This document shows, in pieces, positions 9,147-19,370 of a stretch of 42,572 bases of DNA; position 1 is the stretch's first letter, and each line of letters starts with the position of its first letter. A program made the translations under genes and the position numbers. The notes beneath the pieces were generated by a model that was not told the origin of the DNA, searched no databases, and saw only the letters and a list, made by a program, of their open reading frames with translations. The DNA comes from Thermoanaerobaculia bacterium (GTDB lineage: Bacteria; Acidobacteriota; Thermoanaerobaculia; Multivoradales; JAIOJS01): positions 1 to 42,572 of the forward strand of contig DATKEH010000117.1 in the NCBI GenBank assembly GCA_035546355.1. The letters run 5' to 3'.

Positions 9147-11069
9147 ATGCTCAAGGTCCTGCGCGATTCGATGAAGTACCTGGCCTGGATCCTCTGGGCC
9201 GTCATCGCCGTCTTCGTCCTGTTCGTGTTCGTCGACTTCGGCAGCGGCGTGCCCCAGGGCCAGCTGCCGACCCAGAATGCCGCCACCGTGGGCGCCGAGA
9301 CGGTCAGCTACCGCGAGTTCGAGCGCGAGTACCGCGACATGGAACAGCAGATGCGCCAGCAGCTCGGCGAACAGCTCACCCCGGAGCTGGCCGAGCAGCT
9401 GCGCCTGCCGCTGCAGGCTCTCGATCGCGTCATCAACCGCAAGATCCTGCGCGCCGAGGCCCGCCGGCTGGGGCTGGCGGTGAGCGACGAGGAGCTGCGC
9501 GAGTCGATCCTCGAGCTGCCGGTCTTCGCCGACACCCAGGGGCGCTTCGTCGGCCAGGAGACCTACGGTCGGGTGCTGCGCAGCCTCGGCTACACCCCCG
9601 ACCAGTTCGAGGCGGTGATGCGCGAGCAGCTGCTGGTGCAGCGTCTGCTCTCGGCCCTCGGCCAGGCGGTGGTGGTGAGCGACGGCGAGGTCGAGCAACG
9701 CTACCGCCAGGACGTGGAACGGGCCAGCATCCGCTACCTGTCGTTGCCCTTCGGCGAGCTGCGCGGCGAGATCGAGGTGGCGCCCGACGAGGTGCAGCGC
9801 CACTTCGCCGCCCACCGCGAGGAGTACCGGCTCCCCGAGCGGCGCGTGGCGCAATACCTGCTGGTCGACCAGCGCGCCCTGCAGGACGGCGCCGAGCTCT
9901 CCGAGGAGGAGCTGAGCGCCTACTACGACGAGCGCCGCGGCGAGCTCGCCGAGCGCGAGCAGGTGCGCGCCCGGCACGTGCTGGTAGAGAGCCGCGAGGA
10001 GGCGGCGCAGGCGCGACGGCGGATCGAGGCTGGGGAGCCCTTCGCGCAGGTGGCGTCCGAGCTGTCGCAGGACCCCGGAAGCGCCAGCCGCGGCGGCGAC
10101 CTGGGGTGGTTCGGCCGCGGCCGGATGGTGCCGCAGTTCGAGCAATCGGCGTTCGCAGCGCCGGTCGGCGAGCTGGTGGGACCGATCCAGACCCAGTTCG
10201 GATTCCACCTTCTCGAGGTGCTCGAGCGGCGGGAGGAGCGGGTGCGGCCGTTCGAGGAGGTCCGCGAGCTGGTGAGCAATCGCCTGCTCGCCGACCGCGG
10301 CAATCGCCTCGCCGAGGAGCAGGTGCGGGCGCTGGCCGAGCAGCTGCGGACGCAGGGCGAGGTCACGCCCGAACGCATGCAGCAGCTCGCCGTCGAGCGG
10401 GAGGCGGTCGAGTACGGCGCCACCCAGCCCTTCGAGGCCGCCGGTCCGGTGCCGCCGCTCGGCACCGTTCCAGGGCTCAACCAGATGGCCTTCCAGCTGA
10501 CGCCCGGCCAGCTCAGCGAGCCGGTGCGGGTGCCACGGGGGTGGGTGGTGCTGCGGCTGGCCGAAGTGCAGGAGCCGCGGCTGCCCGAGCTCGCCGAGGT
10601 GCAGGCGCAGGTGCGGCGCGACGTCGAGCGGGGCGCGCTCGAGCGGGCGGCCCTGGAGCGGTTGCGGCAGGGGCGCGAGCGGCTGCAACAGGGAGCCGGC
10701 CTGGAGGAGGTGGCGGGCGACCTCGGCCTGGCGGTTCAGGAGTCCCAGCCGTTCGGCCGCGACGGTTTCGTCGCCGGCCTGGGCGCCGCCCCCGAGCTGG
10801 CGGCGGCGGCCCTGGAGCTCGAGCCGGGCCAGGCCGGCGAGCCGCTGCCGGTGGGCGACAACGCCATCCTCTTCCAGGTGGCCGAACGCCAACGCTTCGA
10901 CCCCGTGACGTTCGCGGCCGAAGCCGATACCCTCCGCCAACAGCTCCAGCAGCAGCAACTCGACAGCCTGCTCACCTCGCTCATCCGCCAGCGCCGCGAG
11001 GAGCTGGGGGTGAGCTACGACCGGCGGTTGCTAGAGAGCTGGAAGATGCTGGGTGGAGAGCAGGGCTGA
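9147..11069 (+). CDS. ppiD: Periplasmic chaperone / peptidyl-prolyl isomerase PpiD-like (SurA-N plus parvulin domain)
   Basis: N-terminal anchor MLKVLRDSMKYLAWILWAVIAVFVLFVFV and a parvulin domain (ARHVLV..GGDLGWFGRGRMVPQFEQSAF..GFHLLEV). I take ATG 9147, which is preceded by GAGGAG at 9131-9136, rather than the track start at 9105. Confidence 0.85.
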   Translation: MLKVLRDSMKYLAWILWAVIAVFVLFVFVDFGSGVPQGQLPTQNAATVGAETVSYREFEREYRDMEQQMRQQLGEQLTPELAEQLRLPLQALDRVINRKILRAEARRLGLAVSDEELRESILELPVFADTQGRFVGQETYGRVLRSLGYTPDQFEAVMREQLLVQRLLSALGQAVVVSDGEVEQRYRQDVERASIRYLSLPFGELRGEIEVAPDEVQRHFAAHREEYRLPERRVAQYLLVDQRALQDGAELSEEELSAYYDERRGELAEREQVRARHVLVESREEAAQARRRIEAGEPFAQVASELSQDPGSASRGGDLGWFGRGRMVPQFEQSAFAAPVGELVGPIQTQFGFHLLEVLERREERVRPFEEVRELVSNRLLADRGNRLAEEQVRALAEQLRTQGEVTPERMQQLAVEREAVEYGATQPFEAAGPVPPLGTVPGLNQMAFQLTPGQLSEPVRVPRGWVVLRLAEVQEPRLPELAEVQAQVRRDVERGALERAALERLRQGRERLQQGAGLEEVAGDLGLAVQESQPFGRDGFVAGLGAAPELAAAALELEPGQAGEPLPVGDNAILFQVAERQRFDPVTFAAEADTLRQQLQQQQLDSLLTSLIRQRREELGVSYDRRLLESWKMLGGEQG

Positions 11070-11087
11070 GCCCTCGCTGCCCGGTAC

Positions 11088-12263
11088 ATGACCGATCCCG
11101 CCGCGCGTTCCCTGGCCGCCGCCACCCGGGCAGTTCACGCCGGCGAGCGCCAGCAGCTGCCGCGCCGCGCCGCGGCGGCGCCCATCGTGCAGACCGCGCC
11201 CTTCGTGTTCGGCAGCGTCGCCGAGCTGGCCGCCGGCTTCGCCAGCGAGGCGCTCGCCGGGGTCTACAGCCGCTACCACAACCCCACGGTCCGCGTCGTG
11301 GAGGAGAAGCTCGCCGCCCTCGAAGGCACCGAGGACGCGGTCGCCTTCGCCTCCGGGATGGCGGCGATCTCCGGCGCGCTGGCCGCCTCCCTGCGCTCCG
11401 GCGACCTGCTGCTGGCCGCCCGCGAGCTCTACGGCGGCACCCACAGCTGGCTCGGCTGGCTGAGCGAGCACCACCCGGAGATCGCCACCGAGATCCTCCC
11501 CCTGGCGGAGCTCGGACCGCGCCTGTCCGACCCCGGCCGCCCCGCGCCGCGGCTGGTGTTCGTCGAGACCCCCACCAACCCGCTGCTCGACTGCTGCGAT
11601 CTGACGCAGCTCGCCGCCACCTGCCGCCGCCGCGACGCGCTGCTGGTGGTCGACAACACCTTCGCCACCCCGGTGCTGCAGAACCCCCTGGGGCTCGGCG
11701 CCGACCTGGTGGTGCACAGCGCCACCAAGTACCTGGGAGGCCACAGCGACGTCACCGCCGGGCTGGTGGCGGGCCGGGCGGCGCTGCTGGCCCCGGTGCG
11801 CCGCCTGGCGCGGGTCGGCGGCGCCTGTCTCGACCCCCACGCCGCCTTCCTGCTGGCGCGGGGGATGAAGACGCTCGCCCTGCGGATCGAGCGTCAGTCC
11901 GCCACCGCCGCGCGCCTGGCCGAGTGGCTGCGCGGGCAGCCGGTGGTGCGGCAGGTGTGGTACCCGGGCTGGCACCCGCTGGGGCGGGCGCAGATGCGCG
12001 CGGGCGGCGGCATGCTGGCCTGCGACCTGGGCGGCGCCGCGGCCGCCGAGCGGGCGCTGGACCGGCTGCAGGTGTTCCAGCTGATCCCCAGCCTCGGCGG
12101 GGTGGAGAGCGGCGTCAGCGTGCCGGCCTTGACCTCGCACCGCCAGCTGTCGCCGAGCGAGCGGCAGGCGCAGGGCATCGGCGACGGCCTGGTGCGGCTG
12201 TCGTGCGGCATCGAGGACCCCGACGACCTCGAGGCGGATCTCGAGCAGGCGCTGGCCGGGTGA
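11088..12263 (+). CDS. PLP-dependent Cys/Met-metabolism enzyme (cystathionine gamma-synthase/beta-lyase/gamma-lyase family)
   Basis: 391 aa with ETPTNPLL and the PLP-lysine motif HSATKYLGGHSDV. The C-terminal end reads GLVRLSCGIEDPDDLEADLEQAL. The exact subfamily cannot be told by eye. Confidence 0.85.
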   Translation: MTDPAARSLAAATRAVHAGERQQLPRRAAAAPIVQTAPFVFGSVAELAAGFASEALAGVYSRYHNPTVRVVEEKLAALEGTEDAVAFASGMAAISGALAASLRSGDLLLAARELYGGTHSWLGWLSEHHPEIATEILPLAELGPRLSDPGRPAPRLVFVETPTNPLLDCCDLTQLAATCRRRDALLVVDNTFATPVLQNPLGLGADLVVHSATKYLGGHSDVTAGLVAGRAALLAPVRRLARVGGACLDPHAAFLLARGMKTLALRIERQSATAARLAEWLRGQPVVRQVWYPGWHPLGRAQMRAGGGMLACDLGGAAAAERALDRLQVFQLIPSLGGVESGVSVPALTSHRQLSPSERQAQGIGDGLVRLSCGIEDPDDLEADLEQALAG

Positions 12264-12270
12264 GGGGGCG

Positions 12271-12858
12271 ATGATCGGCTACCTGCGCGGCCGCATCCTG
12301 GACCTCGACACCGAGCGCGTGACGCTGGACGTGCACGGGGTCGGCTACGAGCTGGCGATCCCGGTGCCCACCTTCTACGAGCTGGAGCGCCACGGGCGCG
12401 ACGTCGAGGTGTCGCTGCACGTGCACACCCACGTGCGGGAGGACGCCATCGCGCTGTACGGCTTCTGGACGCCGCGCGAGCGGCAGCTGTTCGAGAGGCT
12501 GATCGCGGTCTCCGGCATCGGACCGCGGCTGGCGCGGGTGGTCCTCTCGGGCATGCCGCCCGAGGCCCTGGCGGCGGCGGTGGCGGCGGGCGACGTCGGC
12601 CGCCTCGGCACCATTCCCGGGGTCGGCAAGAAGACCGCCGAACGGATGGTGCTGGAGCTCAGGGACCGGATGGGCGAGCTGACGGCCGCGGCCGCGACTC
12701 CCGCCGCCGGCGGCGAGGAGCTGGCCGCCGCCCTGCTCAACCTCGGCTACCGGCGGAGCGAGGCGGAACGGGCGGTGGCGGCCGTGGAGCGAGAGGCTGC
12801 CGACGCCGACTTCGCCGACAAGCTGCGGCGCGCCTTGCGCCAGCTGTCGCGGGTGTAG
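12271..12858 (+). CDS. ruvA: Holliday junction branch migration complex subunit RuvA
   Basis: 195 aa starting MIGYLRGRI. It has HhH motifs (VSGIGPRLA, IPGVGKKTAERM) and a C-terminal domain III (LGYRRSEAERAV). Confidence 0.95.
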   Translation: MIGYLRGRILDLDTERVTLDVHGVGYELAIPVPTFYELERHGRDVEVSLHVHTHVREDAIALYGFWTPRERQLFERLIAVSGIGPRLARVVLSGMPPEALAAAVAAGDVGRLGTIPGVGKKTAERMVLELRDRMGELTAAAATPAAGGEELAAALLNLGYRRSEAERAVAAVEREAADADFADKLRRALRQLSRV

Positions 12859-12874
12859 CCCGGGTGTAGCCCGG
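12850..12874 (+). repeat. Perfect 11-bp tandem duplication (CGGGTGTAGCC x2 plus CGG) spanning the ruvA stop codon
   Basis: The sequence reads CGGGTGTAGCC CGGGTGTAGCC CGG. The TAG stop at 12856-12858 is repeated at 12867-12869. Confidence 0.9.
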
Positions 12875-12910
12875 CCGCGGCCCCCACCGCGGGGCGCATC
12901 CACCCGGGGA

Positions 12911-12916
12911 TAGAAT
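12911..12916 (+). promoter_or_regulatory. -10-like hexamer TAGAAT, 6 nt upstream of the ruvB ATG (leaderless-type geometry)
   Basis: The sequence is GGGGATAGAAT-CCGGAC-ATG with no SD. Confidence 0.35.
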
Positions 12917-12922
12917 CCGGAC

Positions 12923-13945
<1,023 letters not shown>

Positions 13946-13952
13946 GCCGGCG

Positions 13953-14849
13953 ATGCGCGAGGGGGCGCTGATCTACAACCCGGCGGCGGGGCGGCGGCGC
14001 GCGGAGCGGCTGCGGGCGGCGGTGGGGGCGGCCCTGCACGCAGGGGGCTGGCGGGTCGAGGCCCACGCCACGGACGCCGTGGGGGCGGCCACCACCATGG
14101 CGCGCCAGCTCGCCGCCTCGGGTTCGGTCGAGGCGGTGTTCGCGCTCGGCGGCGACGGCACCCTGCGCGAGGTGGCGGCGGGGCTGCTGGGCAGCGAGGT
14201 GGCGCTGGGCCCGCTCCCCGGCGGCACCAGCAACGTGCTCACCCGCTCGCTCGGCGTCCCGCGCGACCCGCTGGCGGCGGCGCGGCTGCTCGCCGGCGCG
14301 CCGCGGCGGGCCATCCGCGCCGGGCGCTGCGATGGCGAGCCCTTCCTGATGATGGTCTCCGCCGGGTTCGACGCTGCGGTGGTGGCCACCATGGACGGCG
14401 CCCTCAAGGCGCGCTGGGGCCTCGCCGGGGTGGCCTGGACCGGCCTTCCCGCCTGGTGGCGCTACGACTACCCCCTGGTCGAGGTGGGGACCGGCGACGT
14501 GCGCGACGCCGCCCCCTTCGTGGCGGTGTGCAACATCCCGCACTACGGCGGCCCCTACTGCCTGGCGCCGGGCGCCCGCTGCGACGACGACAGCCTCGAG
14601 CTGGTGCTCTACCGGCGCCGCGGCCGGCTGGCCGCCCTCGGCTTCCTGCGCGACCTCGCGCGCGGGCGGCACCACCACCGCCCCGACGTCGCCATCCGCA
14701 CCTGCACCGGAGAGGTGACGCTGGACGGGCCGGCGGGCACGCCGCTGCAGGTCGACGGCGACCCCTGGCGCGGTCCGCTGCCGCTGACCGTGGGGGTCCA
14801 CCAGCATCCCCTGTGGATCCTGGCGCCGCCGGCTACCCCGTCCGCATGA
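13953..14849 (+). CDS. Diacylglycerol-kinase-like lipid kinase (YegS/BmrU family)
   Basis: 298 aa with the DAGK catalytic-domain motifs GGDGTLREVA and PGGTSNV. The start lies 8 nt after the ruvB stop. Confidence 0.8.
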   Translation: MREGALIYNPAAGRRRAERLRAAVGAALHAGGWRVEAHATDAVGAATTMARQLAASGSVEAVFALGGDGTLREVAAGLLGSEVALGPLPGGTSNVLTRSLGVPRDPLAAARLLAGAPRRAIRAGRCDGEPFLMMVSAGFDAAVVATMDGALKARWGLAGVAWTGLPAWWRYDYPLVEVGTGDVRDAAPFVAVCNIPHYGGPYCLAPGARCDDDSLELVLYRRRGRLAALGFLRDLARGRHHHRPDVAIRTCTGEVTLDGPAGTPLQVDGDPWRGPLPLTVGVHQHPLWILAPPATPSA

Positions 14850-16398
14850 AGTGCCAGCGCAGGTCCCCCTCCATCGGCCGGAAGACCTCCGGCTCGATGC
14901 GGGGGGCGAGCTCGCGCAACAGCGACGAGAGGTGCTGCCCGCGGGCGGCGCGCTCCAGCGCGTCGGCGGCCTCGGCGCCGGCCTTGGAGATGTAGGTCTG
15001 CCACACCGCCTGGCGGATCGACATCGGGCCCAGCGAGACGTTGGGCAGCCGCCCGACGCCCTTGTTGAGGATCGAGATGCGGCGCTTCAGCGTCCGCTCG
15101 TCGGCCATCGGCTGGCGCTGCCAGGGGGTGTAGGGCTTGGGGACCAGGATGTTGGTGCCGAGGTGCAGGTGCCCCATCACCCCGCTGCCGGTCGCCGCCC
15201 GCCGCATGATGCCGCGCACCGCCTCGGCCAGCTCGAGGATCGAGCCGACGTCGTCGTCGGTCTCCTCGGGCAGCCCGATCAGGAAGTACAGCTTGAGCTG
15301 CGTGAAGCCGGCGGCGAAGATCATCCGCACCTTCTCGAGCAGCTCCTCGTTGGTGACCAGCTTGCCCATCTTGAAGCGCAGCGCGTCGTTGCCGGTCTCC
15401 GGCGCCAGGGTGATCGCGCGGTCGCCGGAGGCGTGCAGCGCCGCCAGCACCCCCTCGGTCACCGCCGGGATGCGGATCGACGACACCGAGCAGCGGAAGC
15501 CGAGCGCGACGCCGCGGCCGAGGATGGCCTCGATCTGCGGGTGGTCGCCCACCGCGGTGGCGACGAACCCCACCTGGTCGGTCACCGCCCGCGCCCGCTC
15601 CATGGCGTCGAGGATGAACTCGGTGGGGTGCCAGCGGAACTTGCCCATGCCGAAGGTGGCCCAGCAGTAGCGGCACTTCTCGGGGCAGCCGCGCGACATC
15701 TCGATCAACACCTTGTCGCGGAACTCGGTGTGGGGGGTGACGATCACCGACGACGGCAGATGCCCCGGCTGCAGCATCTGCTCGGCGGAGAGCTCGAGCT
15801 TGCGCAGCTTGCCGCCGGGGCCTACCGCACTGTCGGGATCGTGGTGGGCCGGTACGAAGAACCCGGCGCGGGTCGCCAGCCGCGCCAGCACCGCCTCGCG
15901 GTCGGCCTCCTCCTCGAGGGCGGCGAGCAGCGGCGGCAGCACGTTCTCCGCCGCCCCCAGCGCGAAGGCGTCGACGAACGCCGCCATCGGCAGCGGGTTG
16001 ATGGCGGCGCAGGAGCCGCCGAGCAGCACCAGCGGGTCGCCGGGGCGGCGCGCCTCGCGGCGCAGCGGGATGCCGGCGCGGTCGAGCAGCGCCAGCAGGT
16101 TGACGTAGTCCTGCTCGAAGGAGACCGAGAAGGCGACGCAGCCGAAGGCGTTGAGCGGCGTCTCGGTCTCCACCGTCAGCGGCATGCCCGTGCCGTCGAG
16201 GAAGAAGCGCTCGCACGCCCAGTCGGGGCGCCGGTGCACCAGCTCGTAGGTGCGCTGGAAGCCGAGGCTCGACATCCCCACGTGGTAGCTGTTGGCGTAG
16301 CCGAGGGCCAGGCGGTGCCGCGCGTGCGGCGAAAACGCCTCGACGGCGCGCTCGGCGGCGCGGTGCTCTCGCCAGCTGGGGGTCGGGTTGCGGCTCAT
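14833..16398 (-). CDS. B12-binding-domain radical SAM protein (TIGR03960-like, function unknown)
   Basis: 521 aa. The N-terminal half resembles a cobalamin-binding-like domain (LGYANSYHVGMSSLGFQ). The radical SAM cluster motif is GCPEKCRYCW (CxxxCxxC). The 3' end overlaps the lipid kinase 3' end by 17 nt. Confidence 0.8.
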   Translation of the reverse strand: MSRNPTPSWREHRAAERAVEAFSPHARHRLALGYANSYHVGMSSLGFQRTYELVHRRPDWACERFFLDGTGMPLTVETETPLNAFGCVAFSVSFEQDYVNLLALLDRAGIPLRREARRPGDPLVLLGGSCAAINPLPMAAFVDAFALGAAENVLPPLLAALEEEADREAVLARLATRAGFFVPAHHDPDSAVGPGGKLRKLELSAEQMLQPGHLPSSVIVTPHTEFRDKVLIEMSRGCPEKCRYCWATFGMGKFRWHPTEFILDAMERARAVTDQVGFVATAVGDHPQIEAILGRGVALGFRCSVSSIRIPAVTEGVLAALHASGDRAITLAPETGNDALRFKMGKLVTNEELLEKVRMIFAAGFTQLKLYFLIGLPEETDDDVGSILELAEAVRGIMRRAATGSGVMGHLHLGTNILVPKPYTPWQRQPMADERTLKRRISILNKGVGRLPNVSLGPMSIRQAVWQTYISKAGAEAADALERAARGQHLSSLLRELAPRIEPEVFRPMEGDLRWHFMRTG

Positions 16399-16409
16399 GG
16401 CGACCTTCT

Positions 16410-16415
16410 ATCCTA
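16410..16415 (-). promoter_or_regulatory. -10-like hexamer TAGGAT, 11 nt upstream of the radical SAM ATG
   Basis: The minus strand reads AGGAGTAGGATAGAAGGTCGCC-ATG. Confidence 0.2.
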
Positions 16416-16440
16416 CTCCTGCCACGGACCGCGCGCCGCC

Positions 16441-16932
16441 TCAGCCGGCCACCCGCTCGAGCACCAGGAAGCTCAGCGGATGGGGGTTGTCGGCGTCGGC
16501 GGCGCGGTCCTCGCGCGCCACCTCGCGCCAGGCGCGCGGGTCGAGGCCGGGAAAGTGGGTCTCGCCGGACACCGCGGCGTGCACCCGCGTCAGGTAGACG
16601 CGCTGGGCCAGCGGCAGGGCCTGGCGGTAGAGCTCGCCGCCGCCGCCGACGAGGACCTCGTCGTCGCCGGCCTCCCGCGCCACCGACAGCGCCTCGTCGA
16701 GCGACGCCGCGCGCAGCACCTCTGCGGGCAGCTCCGGCTCGCCGCGGCTGACCACCACCATGCGCCGCCCGCGCAGCGCGCGGCCGATCGACTCCCAGGT
16801 CTTGCGCCCCACCACCAGGTGATGGCCCATGGTCAGCTGCTTGAAGCGCTGCAGGTCGGCCGGCAGCCGCCAGGGCAGGTCGCCCGCCCGTCCGATGATG
16901 CCGTCGTCGGCCACCGCCACCACCAGCGACAC
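16441..16932 (-). CDS. folA: Dihydrofolate reductase
   Basis: This is the C-terminal 163 aa of track ORF 16441..18102: VSLVVAVADDGIIGRAGDLPWRLPADLQRFKQLTMGHHLVVGRKTWESIG..GGGELY. The GTG start at 16932 lies 2 nt after the thyA stop. Confidence 0.9.
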   Translation of the reverse strand: MSLVVAVADDGIIGRAGDLPWRLPADLQRFKQLTMGHHLVVGRKTWESIGRALRGRRMVVVSRGEPELPAEVLRAASLDEALSVAREAGDDEVLVGGGGELYRQALPLAQRVYLTRVHAAVSGETHFPGLDPRAWREVAREDRAADADNPHPLSFLVLERVAG

Positions 16933-16934
16933 CC

Positions 16935-17729
16935 TCACACCGCCACCGCCGCCTTGATGTGGGGGTGGGGATCGTACCCCTCGATCTCGAGGTCCTCGAA
17001 GGTGAAGTCCTCGAGGCGCCGCCGCGCCGGGTCGAGGCGCAGCCGGGGCAGCGGCCGCGGCTGGCGCGACAGCTGCAACCGCGCCTGCTCGAGGTGGTTG
17101 GCGTAGAGGTGCGCGTCGCCCAGGGTGTGGACGAAGTCTCCCGGCTGCAGGTCGCACACCTGCGCCACCATGTGGGTGAGCAGGGCGTAGGAGGCGATGT
17201 TGAACGGCACGCCGAGGAAGGCGTCGGCGCTGCGCTGGTAGAGCTGGCAGGAGAGGCGCCCCTCGCCGACCCAGAACTGGAACAGCAGGTGGCAGGGGGG
17301 GAGGGCCATCGCCTCCAGCTCGCCGACGTTCCACGCCGAGACGACGTGGCGGCGGGAGTCGGGGTCGCGGCGGATCTGCTCGACGACGCGCGCGATCTGA
17401 TCCACCCGCCGGCCGTCGGCGGTGGGCCAGGAGCGCCACTGGGCACCGTACACCGGCCCCAGCTCGCCGGCGGCGTCCGCCCACGCGTCCCAGATGCTCA
17501 CCCCGTGCTGGTTGAGCCAGCCGACGTGGGTGTCGCCGCGCAGGAACCAGAGCAGCTCGTAGGCGATCGAGCGCAGGTGCAGCTTCTTGGTGGTCAGCAG
17601 CGGGAAGCCGTGGCCGAGGTCGAAGCGCATCTGGTGCCCGAACACCGATAGCGTGCCGGTGCCGGTGCGGTCGTCCTTGGCCACCCCCTGGTCGAGAATG
17701 CGGGCCAGCAGGTCGAGGTAGGGCCTCAC
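16935..17729 (-). CDS. thyA: Thymidylate synthase (ThyA type)
   Basis: 264 aa counted from GTG 17729 ([15 protein letters not shown]). Motifs are DRTGTGT, the active-site [10 protein letters not shown], and GDAHLYANH. The N-terminal part of the track ORF (to 18104) is an out-of-gene extension. Confidence 0.95.
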   Translation of the reverse strand: MRPYLDLLARILDQGVAKDDRTGTGTLSVFGHQMRFDLGHGFPLLTTKKLHLRSIAYELLWFLRGDTHVGWLNQHGVSIWDAWADAAGELGPVYGAQWRSWPTADGRRVDQIARVVEQIRRDPDSRRHVVSAWNVGELEAMALPPCHLLFQFWVGEGRLSCQLYQRSADAFLGVPFNIASYALLTHMVAQVCDLQPGDFVHTLGDAHLYANHLEQARLQLSRQPRPLPRLRLDPARRRLEDFTFEDLEIEGYDPHPHIKAAVAV

Positions 17730-18193
17730 GGCAGGAACCTCGCGCGGTGCTCGGGCGGCGGCAGCGGGCAGGTCTCGTACTTGCCGAACCAGCCGTAGCG
17801 GCGCCGCGCCACCCAGCGGTAGACGCCGTCGCGCAGCGGTCGGGGGATGACCCGCAGGGCGCCGGCCAGCCACCACACGCCGCCGACGTCGGCGAGCGCC
17901 AGCAGCACGGCGTCGGAGCGCAGGTAGGCCTGCTCGTCGGCGAGGCCGAAGCCGCGCACGTACACCAGGGTGTCGAGGTCCTGCGGCAGGTCGCGCCGCT
18001 GCCGCACCCGCGCGGCGGTGGCGCCCTGCAGCGGGGCGAAGCACAGCACCGCCTTGCGGTCGGCGACCAGCAGCAGGCGCACCAGGCGGTTGCACAGGCC
18101 ACACACGCCGTCGTAGAGCACCAGGTTGGAGCTCGGCGACAGCAGCGACCCGGACTCCGTCAGGGCGTCGGCGGCCAGGGTCTGGAAGGACAT
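17726..18193 (-). CDS. DCC-family thiol-disulfide oxidoreductase (DUF393)
   Basis: 155 aa with [10 protein letters not shown] (CxxC), characteristic of the DCC/DUF393 family. Its stop overlaps the thyA start (GTGA at 17726-17729). Confidence 0.75.
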   Translation of the reverse strand: MSFQTLAADALTESGSLLSPSSNLVLYDGVCGLCNRLVRLLLVADRKAVLCFAPLQGATAARVRQRRDLPQDLDTLVYVRGFGLADEQAYLRSDAVLLALADVGGVWWLAGALRVIPRPLRDGVYRWVARRRYGWFGKYETCPLPPPEHRARFLP

Positions 18194-18224
18194 CGTCGCG
18201 AGGTTCGAGCTTCGGGAGCGATCG

Positions 18225-19370
18225 CTACGGCGATTCTAACCCCGCGGTCCCTCCAGGGGAGCGGAGCAGGCCGCGCAGCAGCCGCGCCACGCCGCCGGCG
18301 CCCAATCGGCGCAGCGGCAGCTGCCCGGCGTGCAGCCCGAGCAGCCGGCAGAACAGTCCCGCTTCGCCCGCCATCGCCGAGACGAATCGGCGGCGCAGCC
18401 AGGGCCGGGCCTCGGCCACCAGCAGCAGCCGGGTGAGGGTCGCGGGCAGGCGTACCAGCCGGCGGTGCTGGGCGGGCCAGCTGGCGAGCGTCCCGCCGGC
18501 GAGCGCCGCCGCCAGCGCTTCCCCCTGGCGCACGGCGAGCCCCACGCCCTCGCCGGTCAGGGCGTCGACGTAGCCGGCGGCGTCGCCGACCAGCGCCAGT
18601 CGCCCGCACGCCACCCCCCGCGGCCGGCACAGGAACGGCCCCGCTCCCTGGTCGCGCGAGGTCACCGGCGAGGCGGCGAGCCGCTCCGCCAGGGCGGGAA
18701 AGGCGGCGAGCAGCTCGTCGAAGGACGCCTTGCGCCCGCTCCACAGCATCGCCACTCCCACCTCGTCGTCGCCCACCGGCGTGACGTAGGCCTCGACGCC
18801 GGGCCCCCACGACACCTCCACCGCCGCGCTCCAGGGGGCCAGGCGGTAGTGCCGGCGGACGCCGAAGCGGCGGGGGCCGCGCGCCCGCCCCTCGAGCGCG
18901 GCCCAGCGCCGTACCCGCGAGCGCAGCCCGTCCGCCCCCACCAGCCAGCGGCCGCGGACCGCCCCCCGGCGGGTGCGAAACGCCCCCTCCTCGAGCCCTG
19001 CCACGGTCTCCCCCCAGCGCAGCACGACGCCGGCCTCGGCGGCGCGCTCGACCAGCGCCGCGTGCAGCACCGGTCGCCGCACCGCCCGTCCCGGCGCTCC
19101 CGGAAAGCGGCCCTCGGCGACCCGCTCGCCGTCGACGTAGCGGATGCCGGGGAAGGGCCGCCCCAGGCGGGACGCGGTCACGCCCAGCCGCTCCAGTGCG
19201 GCGATGCCATCGGGCATGATCCCCTCGCCGCACGGCTTGTCGATCGGCGGCGCCGCGCGGTCGAGCACCAGCACCGACAGCCCGCGCCGGCGGGCGGCGA
19301 TGGCGGTGGCGAGCCCGGCCGGGCCGCCGCCGGCGATCACCACGTCGGCTTCGTCAGGCACCGGATCCAC
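18225..19370 (-). CDS. FAD-dependent oxidoreductase/hydroxylase (geranylgeranyl-reductase-like; SrsC/Ftp-type position)
   Basis: 381 aa with the dinucleotide fold VVIAGGGPAGLATAIAARRRG and a GD motif LVGDAAGYVDALTGEG. The start overlaps the acyl-AMP ligase 3' end by 17 nt. Confidence 0.8.
   Translation of the reverse strand: MDPVPDEADVVIAGGGPAGLATAIAARRRGLSVLVLDRAAPPIDKPCGEGIMPDGIAALERLGVTASRLGRPFPGIRYVDGERVAEGRFPGAPGRAVRRPVLHAALVERAAEAGVVLRWGETVAGLEEGAFRTRRGAVRGRWLVGADGLRSRVRRWAALEGRARGPRRFGVRRHYRLAPWSAAVEVSWGPGVEAYVTPVGDDEVGVAMLWSGRKASFDELLAAFPALAERLAASPVTSRDQGAGPFLCRPRGVACGRLALVGDAAGYVDALTGEGVGLAVRQGEALAAALAGGTLASWPAQHRRLVRLPATLTRLLLVAEARPWLRRRFVSAMAGEAGLFCRLLGLHAGQLPLRRLGAGGVARLLRGLLRSPGGTAGLESP

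Noticed and set aside
9057-12274. 633-aa minus-strand ORF and 1070-aa plus-strand ORF covering ppiD and the PLP-enzyme gene
   Set aside because: They are off-frame or antisense to genes with clear parvulin and PLP-lysine motifs. The sequences are low-complexity and R/G/A/P-rich. They are GC-driven shadow ORFs.
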